Shown here piece after piece: positions 29,675-40,859 of a DNA stretch of 58,198 nucleotides (its first letter is position 1; every line of letters starts with the position of its first letter). The position numbers and the translations under genes are program-made. The notes under the pieces were generated by a model, which was not told the DNA's origin, made no database searches, and was given only the letters and a program-made list of their open reading frames with translations. The stretch comes from Betaproteobacteria bacterium (GTDB taxonomy: Bacteria > Pseudomonadota > Gammaproteobacteria > Burkholderiales > SG8-41): contig JACOVL010000075.1 of NCBI GenBank assembly GCA_016177355.1, forward strand, positions 1-58,198, in the 5' to 3' direction.

Positions 29675-29704
29675 CCCCCGGTTAAAGGGGAGTAAAACCG
29701 GGGG
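29675..29704 (-). terminator. 9-bp GC hairpin with a T7 tract only on the minus strand (intrinsic terminator facing away from both flanking genes)
   Basis: CCCCCGGTT (29675-29683) pairs with AACCGGGGG (29696-29704). The + strand reads A-run-stem-CGAAAAAG, with no U tract. The minus strand reads stem-TTTTTTTA. Confidence 0.4.
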
Positions 29705-29850
29705 CGAAAAAGCCTTAATAAGGATTAAGGCGCCCGCTCAGGGAGGAGAAGCGGGAGGCGATGAAACATCGCCTACTGCATAGGACGTCTATAATGGCCG
29801 GGAGTTCCCTGCCACGCCGGCAAAAATATATCCTCTTTTCATAAGGTTAA

Positions 29851-30864
<1,014 letters not shown>

Positions 30865-30867
30865 AAC

Positions 30868-31470
30868 TCAGGTTTTCTCCAGCAACGCCTCGACCGCGGT
30901 CAGCTTCGCGCGCTCGATCGCCTTACCCTCGAGACTGGTTTTCAGCGGCGCGCGCAACTCGCGCGGCGAGAGCACGGTGAGCTCGATATCCGTGCCGCCG
31001 TCGTGGACGGTGTAGACCGGCACCGTGTGTGGATCCCCTCCCGAATACAGCCGGTTCTGCGCGGCTTTGTACGGGATGCGGCGGTCGATGAGATAGAGCT
31101 CCACCGATTTCACGTTATCGGTGTAGAGCTGCAGGTTGATGTCGGCGTACTTGCCGGCGTTGCCGTTCAGGACGGAACCCGTGAGATAGGGATTGAAACG
31201 GGCGAGTTCCCGCATCGCGCGCACCGCTTTCTCGCGCAGTTCGCGCAGCCGGTCACGATGATCCTCCGGATGATAGATCTGCTGATACGTCCTGAGCGCG
31301 GCGTCGATTTCCTCGTTGGCCGGCAGCTCGCGCGTGTCCGGCGCCCCGGCCTGCCGCGCCGCCTTGCGCTTGGCGAGCGCGTAGTCCTCGATGCCGTCTT
31401 CGGCCATCAGTCGCGCCGCAAGATGCGCGATGCGGCTGCGCGTATCGTTCCGGCCGGGTTCTCGGGGCAC
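30868..31470 (-). CDS. Conserved hypothetical cytoplasmic protein (possible minimal nucleotidyltransferase-like fold), co-transcribed with mrcA
   Basis: 200-aa ORF. GTG 31470 lies 7 nt after the mrcA stop and has GAGGA upstream. No signal peptide or TM segment. The segment YLTGSVLNGNAGKYADINLQLY resembles the G-S...D-x-D strand of Pol-beta-type nucleotidyltransferases, but the second acidic position is Asn. Confidence 0.65.
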   Translation of the reverse strand: MPREPGRNDTRSRIAHLAARLMAEDGIEDYALAKRKAARQAGAPDTRELPANEEIDAALRTYQQIYHPEDHRDRLRELREKAVRAMRELARFNPYLTGSVLNGNAGKYADINLQLYTDNVKSVELYLIDRRIPYKAAQNRLYSGGDPHTVPVYTVHDGGTDIELTVLSPRELRAPLKTSLEGKAIERAKLTAVEALLEKT

Positions 31471-31477
31471 GGCGTCC

Positions 31478-33796
31478 TCAGAACAACTGGTTCCGGACCT
31501 CTTCCGGCGGCCGGTCTCCGCCCATGACGCCGCCGACCAGCGTTTCGTGCTCGGGCGGCAGGAATTCCTGGTAGAAATAATCGACGAGTCCGCCGTCGGC
31601 CACGCGCAGTCCGTTGTCCGGGTTGACGTGCATGGCGACTATCCCGGACGGCGGCGTGAACGGTTGTTCCGGCGCACCCTTCAGCACCGCGCCCATATAT
31701 CCCATCCAGACCGGCAGCGCCGCTTGCGCGCCGGTTTCGTTGCGGCCGAGCGTCTGCGGCGTGTCGAAACCGATCCACGCCACCCCCACCAGCTCGCTCG
31801 TGAATCCGCAAAACCAGGCATCCACGAATTCATTGGTGGTGCCGGTCTTGCCGGCGAGATCATTGCGACCGAGCTTCATCGCGCGCGCGCCAGTACCCAT
31901 GCGCACCACGTCGCGCATGATGCTGCTCATGATGAAGGCGTTGCGTTCATCGATCACCCGCTCCGCTGCGGCGCCTGCCGCCGCCGGTTTCGCCTCCTGC
32001 AGCACGTTGCCGCGCGCATCCTCCACTCTCTCGATGAAGTACGGCGTGACGCGGTAGCCGCCGTTGGCGAATATCGAGTAAGCGGCGGCCATCTGCAGCG
32101 GTGTCACGTTACCCGCTCCCAGCGCCATCGTGAGATAGGGCGGATGCAGCTTCGGGTCGAAGCCGAAGCGTGCAATGTAGTCCTGCGCGTACTGCGGTGA
32201 GATCGCCTGCAGGATGCGCACTGATACCAGGTTCTTGGACTTGACCAGGCCCGTGCGCAGGCGCATCGGTCCCTCGAACTTGCCGTCGTAGTTTTTCGGT
32301 TCCCACGGCTCGGAGCCGGTCTGCGCGGCGGTGAACGTGAGCGGAGCGTCGTTGATGATGGTTGCCGCCGTGAAGCCCTTTTCGAGCGCCGCGGAATAAA
32401 TGAACGGCTTGAAACTCGAGCCCGGCTGGCGCAGCGCCTGGGTGACGTGGTTGTACTGGTTGCGTCCGAAATCGAAGCCGCCGATCAGGGCGCGCACCGC
32501 TCCGTCGCGCGGATCGAGTGACACGAACGAGGCTTCGACCGTTGGCAGCTGAGTGATCAGCCAGCGTCCCTTCTCGTCCTTCCGCACGCGCACGATGGCG
32601 CCGCGGCGGATGCGCTGGGCGGGGCCGGCCTTCTCGCCCAGCCCGCGCGCCGCAAACTTGAGGCCCTCCTCACCGATCTCCAGCCATTCGCCGCTTTTGC
32701 GGTATGCCTTGACCCGTTTGGGATTCGCCTCGACGACGACTGCGGCGTAGATGCCGTCGCTGTCGGAAGCATCCTGCAACGCGTCTTCCAGCGTTTCCTC
32801 GTTCAAGTCGGCGGGCAGATTGGCGTGGCCTTCGGGACCGCGATAGCCGTGACGCCGGTCGTACTCCTGCACGCCGCGGCGCAGCGCGGCATAAGCCGCT
32901 TCCTGATGGGCCGCCACGAGCGTGGTATAGGCGCGGATGCCCTTGGTGTAGGCGTCTTCCTGGTAACGCTCGTACAGGGACTGGCGCACCATTTCCGCGA
33001 AATGCTCGGCGCGCACCGCAAACTCGTTGATTTCCCTTTTCACCTGCAGCGGCTGCGCGTCGGCGCCGGCAAGTTGCTCCTCGGAGATGAGTTGCAGTTC
33101 GCGCATGCGGCGCAGCACGTACTGCTGTCTCAGTTTCGCGCGCTTGGGGTTGGCGACCGGGTTGTAGCGTGAAGGGGCCTTGGGCAGCCCCGCGAGCAGC
33201 GTCGCCTCGGCGAGCGTGAGCTCGCCGAGGCGCTTGCCAAAATAAATCTGCGCGGCGGCGGCAAAACCATAGGCGCGCTGGCCGAGGTAGATCTGGTTGA
33301 TATAGAGCTCGAGTATCTGCTCCTTCGTCAGGTTGGCTTCGATCTTGAATGCAAGGAGCATTTCGTTGAACTTGCGCGTTAAGGTTTTTTCCTTTGACAA
33401 GAAGAAGTTACGTGCGACCTGCATGGTGATGGTGGAGGCCCCTTGGCGCACTCCGCCGGAGAGGAAGTTGGAGAGCGCGGCGCGCGCCACCCCCAGGTAA
33501 TCCACCCCGCTGTGCTGGTAGAAGCGCTCGTCCTCCGCCGCCAGTATGGCGTCGATCATGGGCTGGGGAACGTCCCCGATCTTCACCACCGCCCGGCGCT
33601 CCTCGCCGAACTCTCCGATCAGCTTGCCGTCGGCGCTATAGACGCGCAGCGGTATCTTCGGTTGATAATCGGTGAGCACTTCGAGCGACGGCAGCGCGGG
33701 ATAGACGATCGCAGCGGCCAATGCCACCAGCATGACGGCCGCCAAGGCGCTCGCACCGAACAACAGGAAAGGAAAGGCCCACCAACGATAAAGCAT
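31478..33796 (-). CDS. mrcA: Penicillin-binding protein 1A (bifunctional glycosyltransferase/transpeptidase)
   Basis: 772 aa with an N-terminal TM anchor. GT51 motifs are EDERFYQHSGVD and GASTITMQ. Transpeptidase motifs are SSFKP and KTGTT. The gene is divergent from pilM, as in Pseudomonas and Neisseria. Confidence 0.93.
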   Translation of the reverse strand: MLYRWWAFPFLLFGASALAAVMLVALAAAIVYPALPSLEVLTDYQPKIPLRVYSADGKLIGEFGEERRAVVKIGDVPQPMIDAILAAEDERFYQHSGVDYLGVARAALSNFLSGGVRQGASTITMQVARNFFLSKEKTLTRKFNEMLLAFKIEANLTKEQILELYINQIYLGQRAYGFAAAAQIYFGKRLGELTLAEATLLAGLPKAPSRYNPVANPKRAKLRQQYVLRRMRELQLISEEQLAGADAQPLQVKREINEFAVRAEHFAEMVRQSLYERYQEDAYTKGIRAYTTLVAAHQEAAYAALRRGVQEYDRRHGYRGPEGHANLPADLNEETLEDALQDASDSDGIYAAVVVEANPKRVKAYRKSGEWLEIGEEGLKFAARGLGEKAGPAQRIRRGAIVRVRKDEKGRWLITQLPTVEASFVSLDPRDGAVRALIGGFDFGRNQYNHVTQALRQPGSSFKPFIYSAALEKGFTAATIINDAPLTFTAAQTGSEPWEPKNYDGKFEGPMRLRTGLVKSKNLVSVRILQAISPQYAQDYIARFGFDPKLHPPYLTMALGAGNVTPLQMAAAYSIFANGGYRVTPYFIERVEDARGNVLQEAKPAAAGAAAERVIDERNAFIMSSIMRDVVRMGTGARAMKLGRNDLAGKTGTTNEFVDAWFCGFTSELVGVAWIGFDTPQTLGRNETGAQAALPVWMGYMGAVLKGAPEQPFTPPSGIVAMHVNPDNGLRVADGGLVDYFYQEFLPPEHETLVGGVMGGDRPPEEVRNQLF

Positions 33797-34028
33797 CGAA
33801 TTAATGTCTTAAAATCAATCTGTTGTATTTTTACAACAGAAGGTGGGTGCAAAGGCTAGGATTGTGAAACCCGGCACAGCGCGGTAACCAGTCGCAGGGT
33901 AAGCTATAGTTAGTGCCCCCCATTATAAGCGGGTTCCGTTCAAATGAAATGACAATAAAATGCTTTACACCCAAAAGAGTTGTTGCTAGCATTTAAAGTA
34001 AACTGTGGGATAGTCTCCCCATTAACCT

Positions 34029-35135
34029 ATGCTCAAAGGAAAATTCAGCCTGAACCTGCAGGCGATCGAGGCGCTCTTCAAGGCCAAGATGCCGCCGTTG
34101 ATCGGCACCGACATCAGCTCCTCATCGGTGAAGATGGTGGAGATCGTGGATGCTGGCAAAGGCATGTACTGCGTCGAGCGTTACGCTGTCGAGCCCCTGC
34201 CCAAGGACTCGCTGGTCGAGGGCAATATCAACAACCTGGAGGCGGTAAGCGATGCGCTCCAGCGCTGCCACAAGCGATTAGGCAGCAATATCAAGAACTT
34301 AGCCTTGGCCCTGCCCTCCGCTGCCGTGATCAGCAAGAAGATCCTGGTGCCGGCCGGCCAGAGCGAAGATGACCTGGAGATCCAGGTCGAAACCGAGGCC
34401 AACCAGTACATCCCGTTCGCGCTGGAAGAAGTCAACCTCGATTTCCAGGTGCTGGGGCCCGCGCCCAACAGCCCCGAAGATGTCGAGGTCCTGATCGCCG
34501 CCTCGCGCAAAGAGAAAATCACCGACCGGGAGGCCGTGGCCACCATGGCGGGGCTCACGGTCAGGGTCATGGACGTGGACGTCTTTGCCGCCCAGGCCGC
34601 TTTCGAGCTGATCGAGAGCCAGTTTCCCGACAAGGGCAAGGACCAGAACATCGCGATCGTGGACATCGGCGCCACGCTGCTGGCGGTCAATGTGCTGCGC
34701 AACGACCAGTCGATCTACATGCGCGAGCAGCCGTTCGGCGGCAACCAGCTCACCCAGGAGATCCAGAACAAGTTCGGCCTGACGCCCGAGGAAGCCGAGG
34801 CCGCCAAGCGCGCCGGCGGGCTGCCGGAGAACTACGAATCGGAGGTCCTGCAGCCGTTCATGGACATGATGGGGCTCGAAGTGGCGCGGGCGCTGCAGTT
34901 CTTCTTCACCTCGACCCAGCATAACCAGGTGAACCACATCGTGCTCTCCGGCGGCTGCGCCGCGATCCCCGGCGTGGACGAGTCGGTGGCCAAGCGCATC
35001 CAGGTCAACACCGTCATCGCCAATCCGTTCGCCAACATGGCGCTGTCCTCGAAGATCAAGCCGAAGAGCCTGACGCAGGACGCGCCCTCGCTGATGGTGG
35101 CATGCGGGCTCGCCATGCGGAGGTTCGATCCATGA
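34029..35135 (+). CDS. pilM: Type IV pilus assembly protein PilM
   Basis: 368-aa actin-like ATPase-fold protein at the head of the pilMNOPQ block. Confidence 0.93.
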   Translation: MLKGKFSLNLQAIEALFKAKMPPLIGTDISSSSVKMVEIVDAGKGMYCVERYAVEPLPKDSLVEGNINNLEAVSDALQRCHKRLGSNIKNLALALPSAAVISKKILVPAGQSEDDLEIQVETEANQYIPFALEEVNLDFQVLGPAPNSPEDVEVLIAASRKEKITDREAVATMAGLTVRVMDVDVFAAQAAFELIESQFPDKGKDQNIAIVDIGATLLAVNVLRNDQSIYMREQPFGGNQLTQEIQNKFGLTPEEAEAAKRAGGLPENYESEVLQPFMDMMGLEVARALQFFFTSTQHNQVNHIVLSGGCAAIPGVDESVAKRIQVNTVIANPFANMALSSKIKPKSLTQDAPSLMVACGLAMRRFDP

Positions 35136-35725
35136 TACGCATCAACCTGCTGCCGCATCGCGAGATCCGGCGCAAGGATCAGCAGCTGAAATTCTTCAGC
35201 ACGCTGGGCATCGTCGTGGGCATCGGCGCCGCGATCTGGGGCGTCGGGCACTTCTCTCTCAACGAGCAGATCGACGAGCGGAAAGACCGCAACAAGTATC
35301 TGACCGGGGAGATAGAGAAACTCGACAAGCAGATCGACGAGATCAAGAAGATGAGGGAACAGATCGCCTCGCTGCTCGCGCGCAAGAAGGTTGTCGAAGC
35401 GCTGCAGTCGAACCGCTCCGAAGTCGTGCATTTGCTCGATCAGATGGTGCGGCAGCTGCCCGATGGCGTGTATCTCAAGGGCATCAAGCAGAGCGGCGGC
35501 AAGGTCACCATCTCCGGCTTCACCCAGTCCCAGGCGCGGGTGTCCACGCTGATGCGCAACCTGGAATCCTCGCCCCACCTGGAGAATCCCGGCCTGATCG
35601 AGATCAAGGCGGTGCAGCAGGGTGGCCAGCGCATCAACGAATTCACCATGACCGTCAACGTTTCGCGCGCCAAGACCGAAGAGGCCGCGAAGAAGCCGGC
35701 CGCCAAGCCCGCGGCGAAGGGATGA
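35132..35725 (+). CDS. pilN: Type IV pilus assembly protein PilN
   Basis: ATG 35132 forms an ATGA overlap with the pilM stop. The N-terminus MIRINLLPHRE is followed by a single TM segment. Confidence 0.9.
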   Translation: MIRINLLPHREIRRKDQQLKFFSTLGIVVGIGAAIWGVGHFSLNEQIDERKDRNKYLTGEIEKLDKQIDEIKKMREQIASLLARKKVVEALQSNRSEVVHLLDQMVRQLPDGVYLKGIKQSGGKVTISGFTQSQARVSTLMRNLESSPHLENPGLIEIKAVQQGGQRINEFTMTVNVSRAKTEEAAKKPAAKPAAKG

Positions 35726-35731
35726 TGCGCC

Positions 35732-36379
35732 ATGGCCATGACACTTAACGATCTCAACCGCTATCTTGACCCCAAGAAGATCGGTTCCGCGCCGATCGCG
35801 GTCAAGCTGGGCGTGCTGGCGTTCGCGTTCGCGCTGACCCTCTTCCTGGGCTTCTGGTTCGACTGGCAGGACCAGCTCGAGCAGATCGACAGCGAGCAGA
35901 AGAAGGAAGAGCAGTTGCGGACCACTTTCCTCGACAAGAAAAAACAGGCGATCAACCTGCCCGCTTACCGCCAGCAGCTGGTGGACATCGAAAAGCAGTT
36001 CGGCGCGCTGCTCAAGCAGTTGCCGGGCAAAGCCGAGATGGACGCGCTGCTGACCGATATCAACCAGGCGGGCCTGGGGCGGGGGCTGCAGTTCGAATTG
36101 TTCAAGCCCGCGGCCAACGAGACCGCGCGCGACTTCTACGCGGAACTGCCGATCACGATCAGGGTCACCGGCAGCTATCACGATATCGGCGCATTCGCCA
36201 GCGACATCGGCAAGCTCTCGCGCATCGTGACGCTGAACGACATTTCGCTCTCCGCGGCCAAGGACGGGCTGGCGCTGGACGCCACGGCCAAGACCTTCCG
36301 CTATCTCGACGAGGACGAGCTTGCGCAGCAGAGGAAAGCGGCTGCGAAGAGCGCCGCCGCCAAGGGCGGGAAAAAATAA
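35732..36379 (+). CDS. pilO: Type IV pilus assembly protein PilO
   Basis: 215 aa with one TM segment, a coiled coil and a C-terminal PilO fold (ITIRVTGSYHDIGAFASDI). Confidence 0.9.
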   Translation: MAMTLNDLNRYLDPKKIGSAPIAVKLGVLAFAFALTLFLGFWFDWQDQLEQIDSEQKKEEQLRTTFLDKKKQAINLPAYRQQLVDIEKQFGALLKQLPGKAEMDALLTDINQAGLGRGLQFELFKPAANETARDFYAELPITIRVTGSYHDIGAFASDIGKLSRIVTLNDISLSAAKDGLALDATAKTFRYLDEDELAQQRKAAAKSAAAKGGKK

Positions 36380-36912
36380 TGCGCGGCCCCATCATCATCG
36401 CGTTTTCATGCCTGGCATTCGCGGGGTGCGGCGGCGAGCAGCACTCCGACCTGCGGCAGTTCGTCAAGGATTCGGACGGCATGCAGCGCGGCCGGATTCC
36501 GCCGCTGCCGGAAGCGAAGCTCTACGAGCCATTCGACTATCAGGCGTTCGATATCACCGATCCGTTCAAGCCGCGCAAGATCGCGCCGCCCAAGGCGAGC
36601 CAGATCGCCGGCGGCATCCAGCCGCCCGATCCCAACCGGCGCAAGGAGCCGCTCGAGGCCTACCCCCTGGAAAACCTCAAGATGGTGGGCACGCTGCAGC
36701 AGAAGAAGGAAGTGTTTGGTCTGGTCAAGACTCCGGACAACAATCTGTTCCGGGTCAAGTCCGGCAATTTCCTGGGACAGAATTTCGGCCGTGTCACCGA
36801 TATCTCGGAGTCCGCGATCAAATTAAAGGAACTGGTTCAGGACAGCGGCGGCGACTGGAAGGAAGAAGAACGGATGCTGCAGCTGTTGGATGAACAGGAG
36901 GCAAAAAAATGA
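36379..36912 (+). CDS. pilP: Type IV pilus assembly lipoprotein PilP
   Basis: Lipobox FAGC in MRGPIIIAFSCLAFAGCGG. The start overlaps the pilO stop (TAATG). Confidence 0.88.
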   Translation: MRGPIIIAFSCLAFAGCGGEQHSDLRQFVKDSDGMQRGRIPPLPEAKLYEPFDYQAFDITDPFKPRKIAPPKASQIAGGIQPPDPNRRKEPLEAYPLENLKMVGTLQQKKEVFGLVKTPDNNLFRVKSGNFLGQNFGRVTDISESAIKLKELVQDSGGDWKEEERMLQLLDEQEAKK

Positions 36913-39035
36913 AGCTCCCGACTGGCTTGATTTCGTCAATTCTGCGCGTTGCGACGGCGCTGCTGCTCGGCGCGGCGAGCGTCGCAGCCTACGCCCAGGC
37001 CAACAGCATCGAGGCGATCAATGTCTCGCCGCAGGCCGGCGGCAAGGTGGTCATCAAAGTCACGATGAAACAGGCGCCGGCAAGTCCGCCCGCCGGGTTC
37101 ACCATCAACAACCCGCCGCGCATCGCGTTCGACTTCCCGAACACCGGGAGCGCGCTCGGCCGCGGCACCCAGGAAGTGGGCGAAGGCGACCTGCGCAGCT
37201 TCAATGTAGTGCAGGCGGGGGACCGCACGCGCCTCGTGCTCAATCTTGCGCGCGTATCCAGCTACGACACCCAGATCGAAGGCCGGGCGCTGCTCATCAC
37301 GCTCCAGGGCGCCGGGGCGGCGGCGAGTCCGGCCGGCGCGACGACCACTTTTGCCCAGGTGCAGCCCGGCGACCAGCGCCACGCCCTGCGCGATATCGAT
37401 TTCCGGCGCGGGCGCTCCGGTGAAGGGCGGGTCGTGGTGGACCTGTCCGACAACGCGGTCGGCATCAATCTCCGGCTCCAGGGCAAGGCGATCGTCATCG
37501 ACTTCATCAACACCACGCTGCCCAAGAACCTAGAGCGGCGCATGGACGTCACCGACTTCGGCACGCCGGTACAGATCATCTCCGCCTCCACGCAGGGCGG
37601 CAATTCGCGGGTGGTGATCGAGCCGGCCGGCGCCTGGGAGCACACCGCCTACCAGACCGACAACCGGTTCACGGTCGAGATCAAGCCGCAGGTGGAGGAT
37701 GCGGACCGGATTACCCGCGGCGGAAAATACAAGGGCGACAAACTTTCCCTCAATTTCCAGAACGTGGAAGTGCGGGCGGTGCTGCAGGTGATCGCCGACT
37801 TTACGGAGAAGAACATCATCACCAGCGACACGGTGACGGGCAACCTGACGTTGCGGCTGAAGGACGTGCCGTGGGACCAGGCGCTCGACATCATCCTGCA
37901 GAGCAAGGGCCTGGACTTGCGCGAAACCGGCAACGTGGTGTGGATCGCGCCGCGCGACGAGCTGGCCACGCGCGAGAAGCTCGCCCTGGAAGCGCAGCAG
38001 CAGATCACGGACCTCGAGCCCACCCGCACCGAGAGCTTCCAGTTGAACTACCAGAAGGCCGACGCGTTCCAGAAGCTGCTGGCCGACCCGGCCCAGCGCA
38101 TGCTGTCCAAGCGCGGCAGCGCCGTGGTCGATGCGCGCACCAACATCATCTTCGTGCAGGACACGCCGGCGCGGCTGGAGGAAGTGCGCAAGCTCATCCG
38201 GCAGGTGGACGTGCCGGTGCGGCAGGTCATGATCGAATCGCGCATCGTCGAGGCCAACGACGACTTCGCCCGCAACCTCGGGGCGCGGCTCGGTTATCAC
38301 GATACTATAGGCGAGGGCATTAACCCCTCCACCGGAAATACGCGGTCCACACCGCAACTTTTGCCGGGCGGCAGCCTGAGCGATACGGGTTTCCATACCG
38401 GCCAGACCACCACCAGCCCGGCATTCCCGAACGACAGCCTGTTCGTGAACCTGCCGGCGCCCGCCATCGGCACCACGCCGGCCGGCGTATTCTCGCTGAT
38501 CCTGTTCAACCAGCGCCGGACCCGCTTCCTCAACCTGGAGCTGTCGGCGCTGCAGGTGGACGGCAGGGGCAAGATCATCTCCAGCCCGCGCGTCGTCACC
38601 GCCGACAAGATCGAGGCGACCATCGAGGACGGCGTGGAGATCCCGTACCTGCAGGCCTCCTCGAGCGGCTCGACCAGCGTTTCGTTCCGCAAAGCGACGC
38701 TCTCGCTCAAGGTCAAGCCGCAGGTCACGCCCGACGACAACGTGATCATGAACCTCAAGGTGAACAAGGACAGCCGCGGCGAAGACACGATCGCCGGCCC
38801 CGCGATCAACACCAAGCAGATCGTGACCGAGGTGCTGGTGGAGAACGGCGGCACCGTGGTGATCGGCGGCATCTACATCCAGGAAGAGAGCTCCCAGACC
38901 CGGAAGGTGCCGGTGCTGGGCGATCTGCCCTACGTCGGTTTCCTGTTCAAGCAGAACCTCAAGCTCGACAACCGGCGGGAACTTCTGATCTTCATCACGC
39001 CGAAGATCCTCAAGGACAGCCTGACGCTGCGCTAA
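36909..39035 (+). CDS. pilQ: Type IV pilus secretin PilQ
   Basis: 708 aa with a signal peptide, two AMIN-like repeats, N0/N1 domains and a C-terminal secretin domain (VLGDLPYVGFLFK, ELLIFITPKI). Confidence 0.95.
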   Translation: MKLPTGLISSILRVATALLLGAASVAAYAQANSIEAINVSPQAGGKVVIKVTMKQAPASPPAGFTINNPPRIAFDFPNTGSALGRGTQEVGEGDLRSFNVVQAGDRTRLVLNLARVSSYDTQIEGRALLITLQGAGAAASPAGATTTFAQVQPGDQRHALRDIDFRRGRSGEGRVVVDLSDNAVGINLRLQGKAIVIDFINTTLPKNLERRMDVTDFGTPVQIISASTQGGNSRVVIEPAGAWEHTAYQTDNRFTVEIKPQVEDADRITRGGKYKGDKLSLNFQNVEVRAVLQVIADFTEKNIITSDTVTGNLTLRLKDVPWDQALDIILQSKGLDLRETGNVVWIAPRDELATREKLALEAQQQITDLEPTRTESFQLNYQKADAFQKLLADPAQRMLSKRGSAVVDARTNIIFVQDTPARLEEVRKLIRQVDVPVRQVMIESRIVEANDDFARNLGARLGYHDTIGEGINPSTGNTRSTPQLLPGGSLSDTGFHTGQTTTSPAFPNDSLFVNLPAPAIGTTPAGVFSLILFNQRRTRFLNLELSALQVDGRGKIISSPRVVTADKIEATIEDGVEIPYLQASSSGSTSVSFRKATLSLKVKPQVTPDDNVIMNLKVNKDSRGEDTIAGPAINTKQIVTEVLVENGGTVVIGGIYIQEESSQTRKVPVLGDLPYVGFLFKQNLKLDNRRELLIFITPKILKDSLTLR

Positions 39036-39060
39036 TTAAGCGCCGGCGCACCCGGTAACA

Positions 39061-39087
39061 GCGGCCCCCGGCGGGGGCCGCTTTTTT
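39061..39087 (+). terminator. Rho-independent terminator after pilQ
   Basis: GCGGCCCCC-GGC-GGGGGCCGC (9-bp stem) followed by TTTTTT (39082-39087). Confidence 0.8.
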
Positions 39088-39152
39088 ATTGCCATCCCCG
39101 AACGACCGCGCTGCGGTTGGGCGGGCCGGCCCCGTTCCGATAGAATCGTCCT

Positions 39153-39740
39153 GTGGAGAGCGGCGAGCACAAACCGGCGGCGGCCGGGCGGGGTCCCGGG
39201 AACATCTTTCTCGTGGGATTGATGGGCGCGGGCAAGACCTCGGTCGGGAAGCTGCTTGCCAGGCGCCTCGGCAAGTCGTTCTACGACAGCGACCAGGAGA
39301 TCGAGCGCGCGACCGGCGTCAGGATACCGCTCATCTTCGAGATCGAGGGCGAGGCCGGATTCCGCGCGCGCGAGGCGAAAATGCTGGCGGAACTGGCGGC
39401 CCGCCGCGACGTGGTGCTCGCGACCGGCGGGGGAGCGGTGCTCGCGGAGGCGAACCGCAGGCTCCTCTCCGAAAACGGCGTGGTGATCTATCTGCGCGCC
39501 ACGGTCGCCGACCTCTGGAGCCGCACCCGGCACGACAAGGGCCGGCCGCTGCTCAAGTCGGCCGACCCGCGCGCGACGCTCGAGCAGCTGTTCGCCGAGC
39601 GCGATCCCCTCTATCGCGAGATCGCCGATGTCGTCGTCGACACCGGCAGCCAGAGCCTGGGCAGTCTCGCGCACAAGCTGGAACAACGGCTGCTCCAGCT
39701 CACCGGCGAGCGCGAAGGCGCGCCGCTGCGCGCGGGCTGA
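39153..39740 (+). CDS. aroK: Shikimate kinase AroK
   Basis: GTG start. Walker A NIFLVGLMGAGKTSVGK, plus FYDSD and GGG motifs. Followed by aroB. Confidence 0.9.
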   Translation: MESGEHKPAAAGRGPGNIFLVGLMGAGKTSVGKLLARRLGKSFYDSDQEIERATGVRIPLIFEIEGEAGFRAREAKMLAELAARRDVVLATGGGAVLAEANRRLLSENGVVIYLRATVADLWSRTRHDKGRPLLKSADPRATLEQLFAERDPLYREIADVVVDTGSQSLGSLAHKLEQRLLQLTGEREGAPLRAG

Positions 39741-39770
39741 AGCGGACGCCCCGACAAGACGCCGGCTTTC

Positions 39771-40859
39771 ATGCAAACACTGACCGTGGCGCTGGGCGCG
39801 CGCAGCTACCCGATCCACATCGGAGCGGGGCTCCTCGCGCGCGCCGAACTGATCGTGGACCGGCTGCCGAACAAGCAGGCCGCCATCGTCACCAACACCG
39901 TGGTCGCTCCGCTCTATCTCGCCCCGCTCCAGCGCGCATTGGAGGCGCACGGCGTGGCGGCGGCGGCGATTACGCTGCCGGACGGCGAGGCGCATAAGAA
40001 CTGGGAGACGCTGAATCGCATCTTCGACGCGTTGCTCGAACACCGCTGCGAGCGCGGCGCCGCGCTGATTGCGCTGGGGGGCGGAGTCATCGGAGACCTC
40101 GCCGGCTTTGCCGCGGCGGCCTACCTGCGCGGCGTGCCCTACATCCAGATGCCCACTACCTTGCTCGCGCAGGTGGACTCGTCGGTCGGCGGCAAGACCG
40201 CGATCAACCACCCGCTCGGCAAGAACCTGATCGGCGCCTTCCACCAGCCGCTCGCCGTCATCGCCGATACCGACACCCTGGCCACGCTGCCGCCGCGCGA
40301 GTACGCGGCCGGCCTGGCGGAAGTGATCAAGTACGGGTTGATCCGGGACCCCGCGTTCTTCGATTGGCTGGAGAAGAACATGCCGCGGCTGATGCAGCGG
40401 GAAGCCGGGCCGCTCACCCATGCGATCGAGCGTTCCTGCGCCATCAAGGCCGAAATCGTGGCGCTCGACGAGCGGGAAAGCGGCGTGCGGGTCCTCCTCA
40501 ATTTCGGCCACACTTTTGGCCATGCCATCGAGGCCGGGCTGGGCTACGGCTCGTGGCTGCACGGCGAGGCGGTCGCGGCCGGCATGGCGCTGGCGGCGAG
40601 GCTCTCGCAGCGGCTCGGGCTGATCCCGGCGCAGGACGTCGCGCGGATGAGCGCGCTGCTCTCCCGCGCCGGCCTGCCGGTGACGGCCCCCGATCTGGGC
40701 CTCACGCGTTATCTCGAGCTGATGGGCCATGACAAGAAGGTCGAGGGCGGGCGCATCCGTTTCGTGCTGCTCAAGCGCATCGGCGAGGCCTTCGTCTCGA
40801 GCGAAGTGCCGCGTGCGGTGCTGGCCGACGCGCTCGGCGCGCCGCAAGTGCATGCGTGA
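39771..40859 (+). CDS. aroB: 3-dehydroquinate synthase AroB
   Basis: 362 aa with [26 protein letters not shown] and [11 protein letters not shown] motifs. Confidence 0.95.
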   Translation: MQTLTVALGARSYPIHIGAGLLARAELIVDRLPNKQAAIVTNTVVAPLYLAPLQRALEAHGVAAAAITLPDGEAHKNWETLNRIFDALLEHRCERGAALIALGGGVIGDLAGFAAAAYLRGVPYIQMPTTLLAQVDSSVGGKTAINHPLGKNLIGAFHQPLAVIADTDTLATLPPREYAAGLAEVIKYGLIRDPAFFDWLEKNMPRLMQREAGPLTHAIERSCAIKAEIVALDERESGVRVLLNFGHTFGHAIEAGLGYGSWLHGEAVAAGMALAARLSQRLGLIPAQDVARMSALLSRAGLPVTAPDLGLTRYLELMGHDKKVEGGRIRFVLLKRIGEAFVSSEVPRAVLADALGAPQVHA

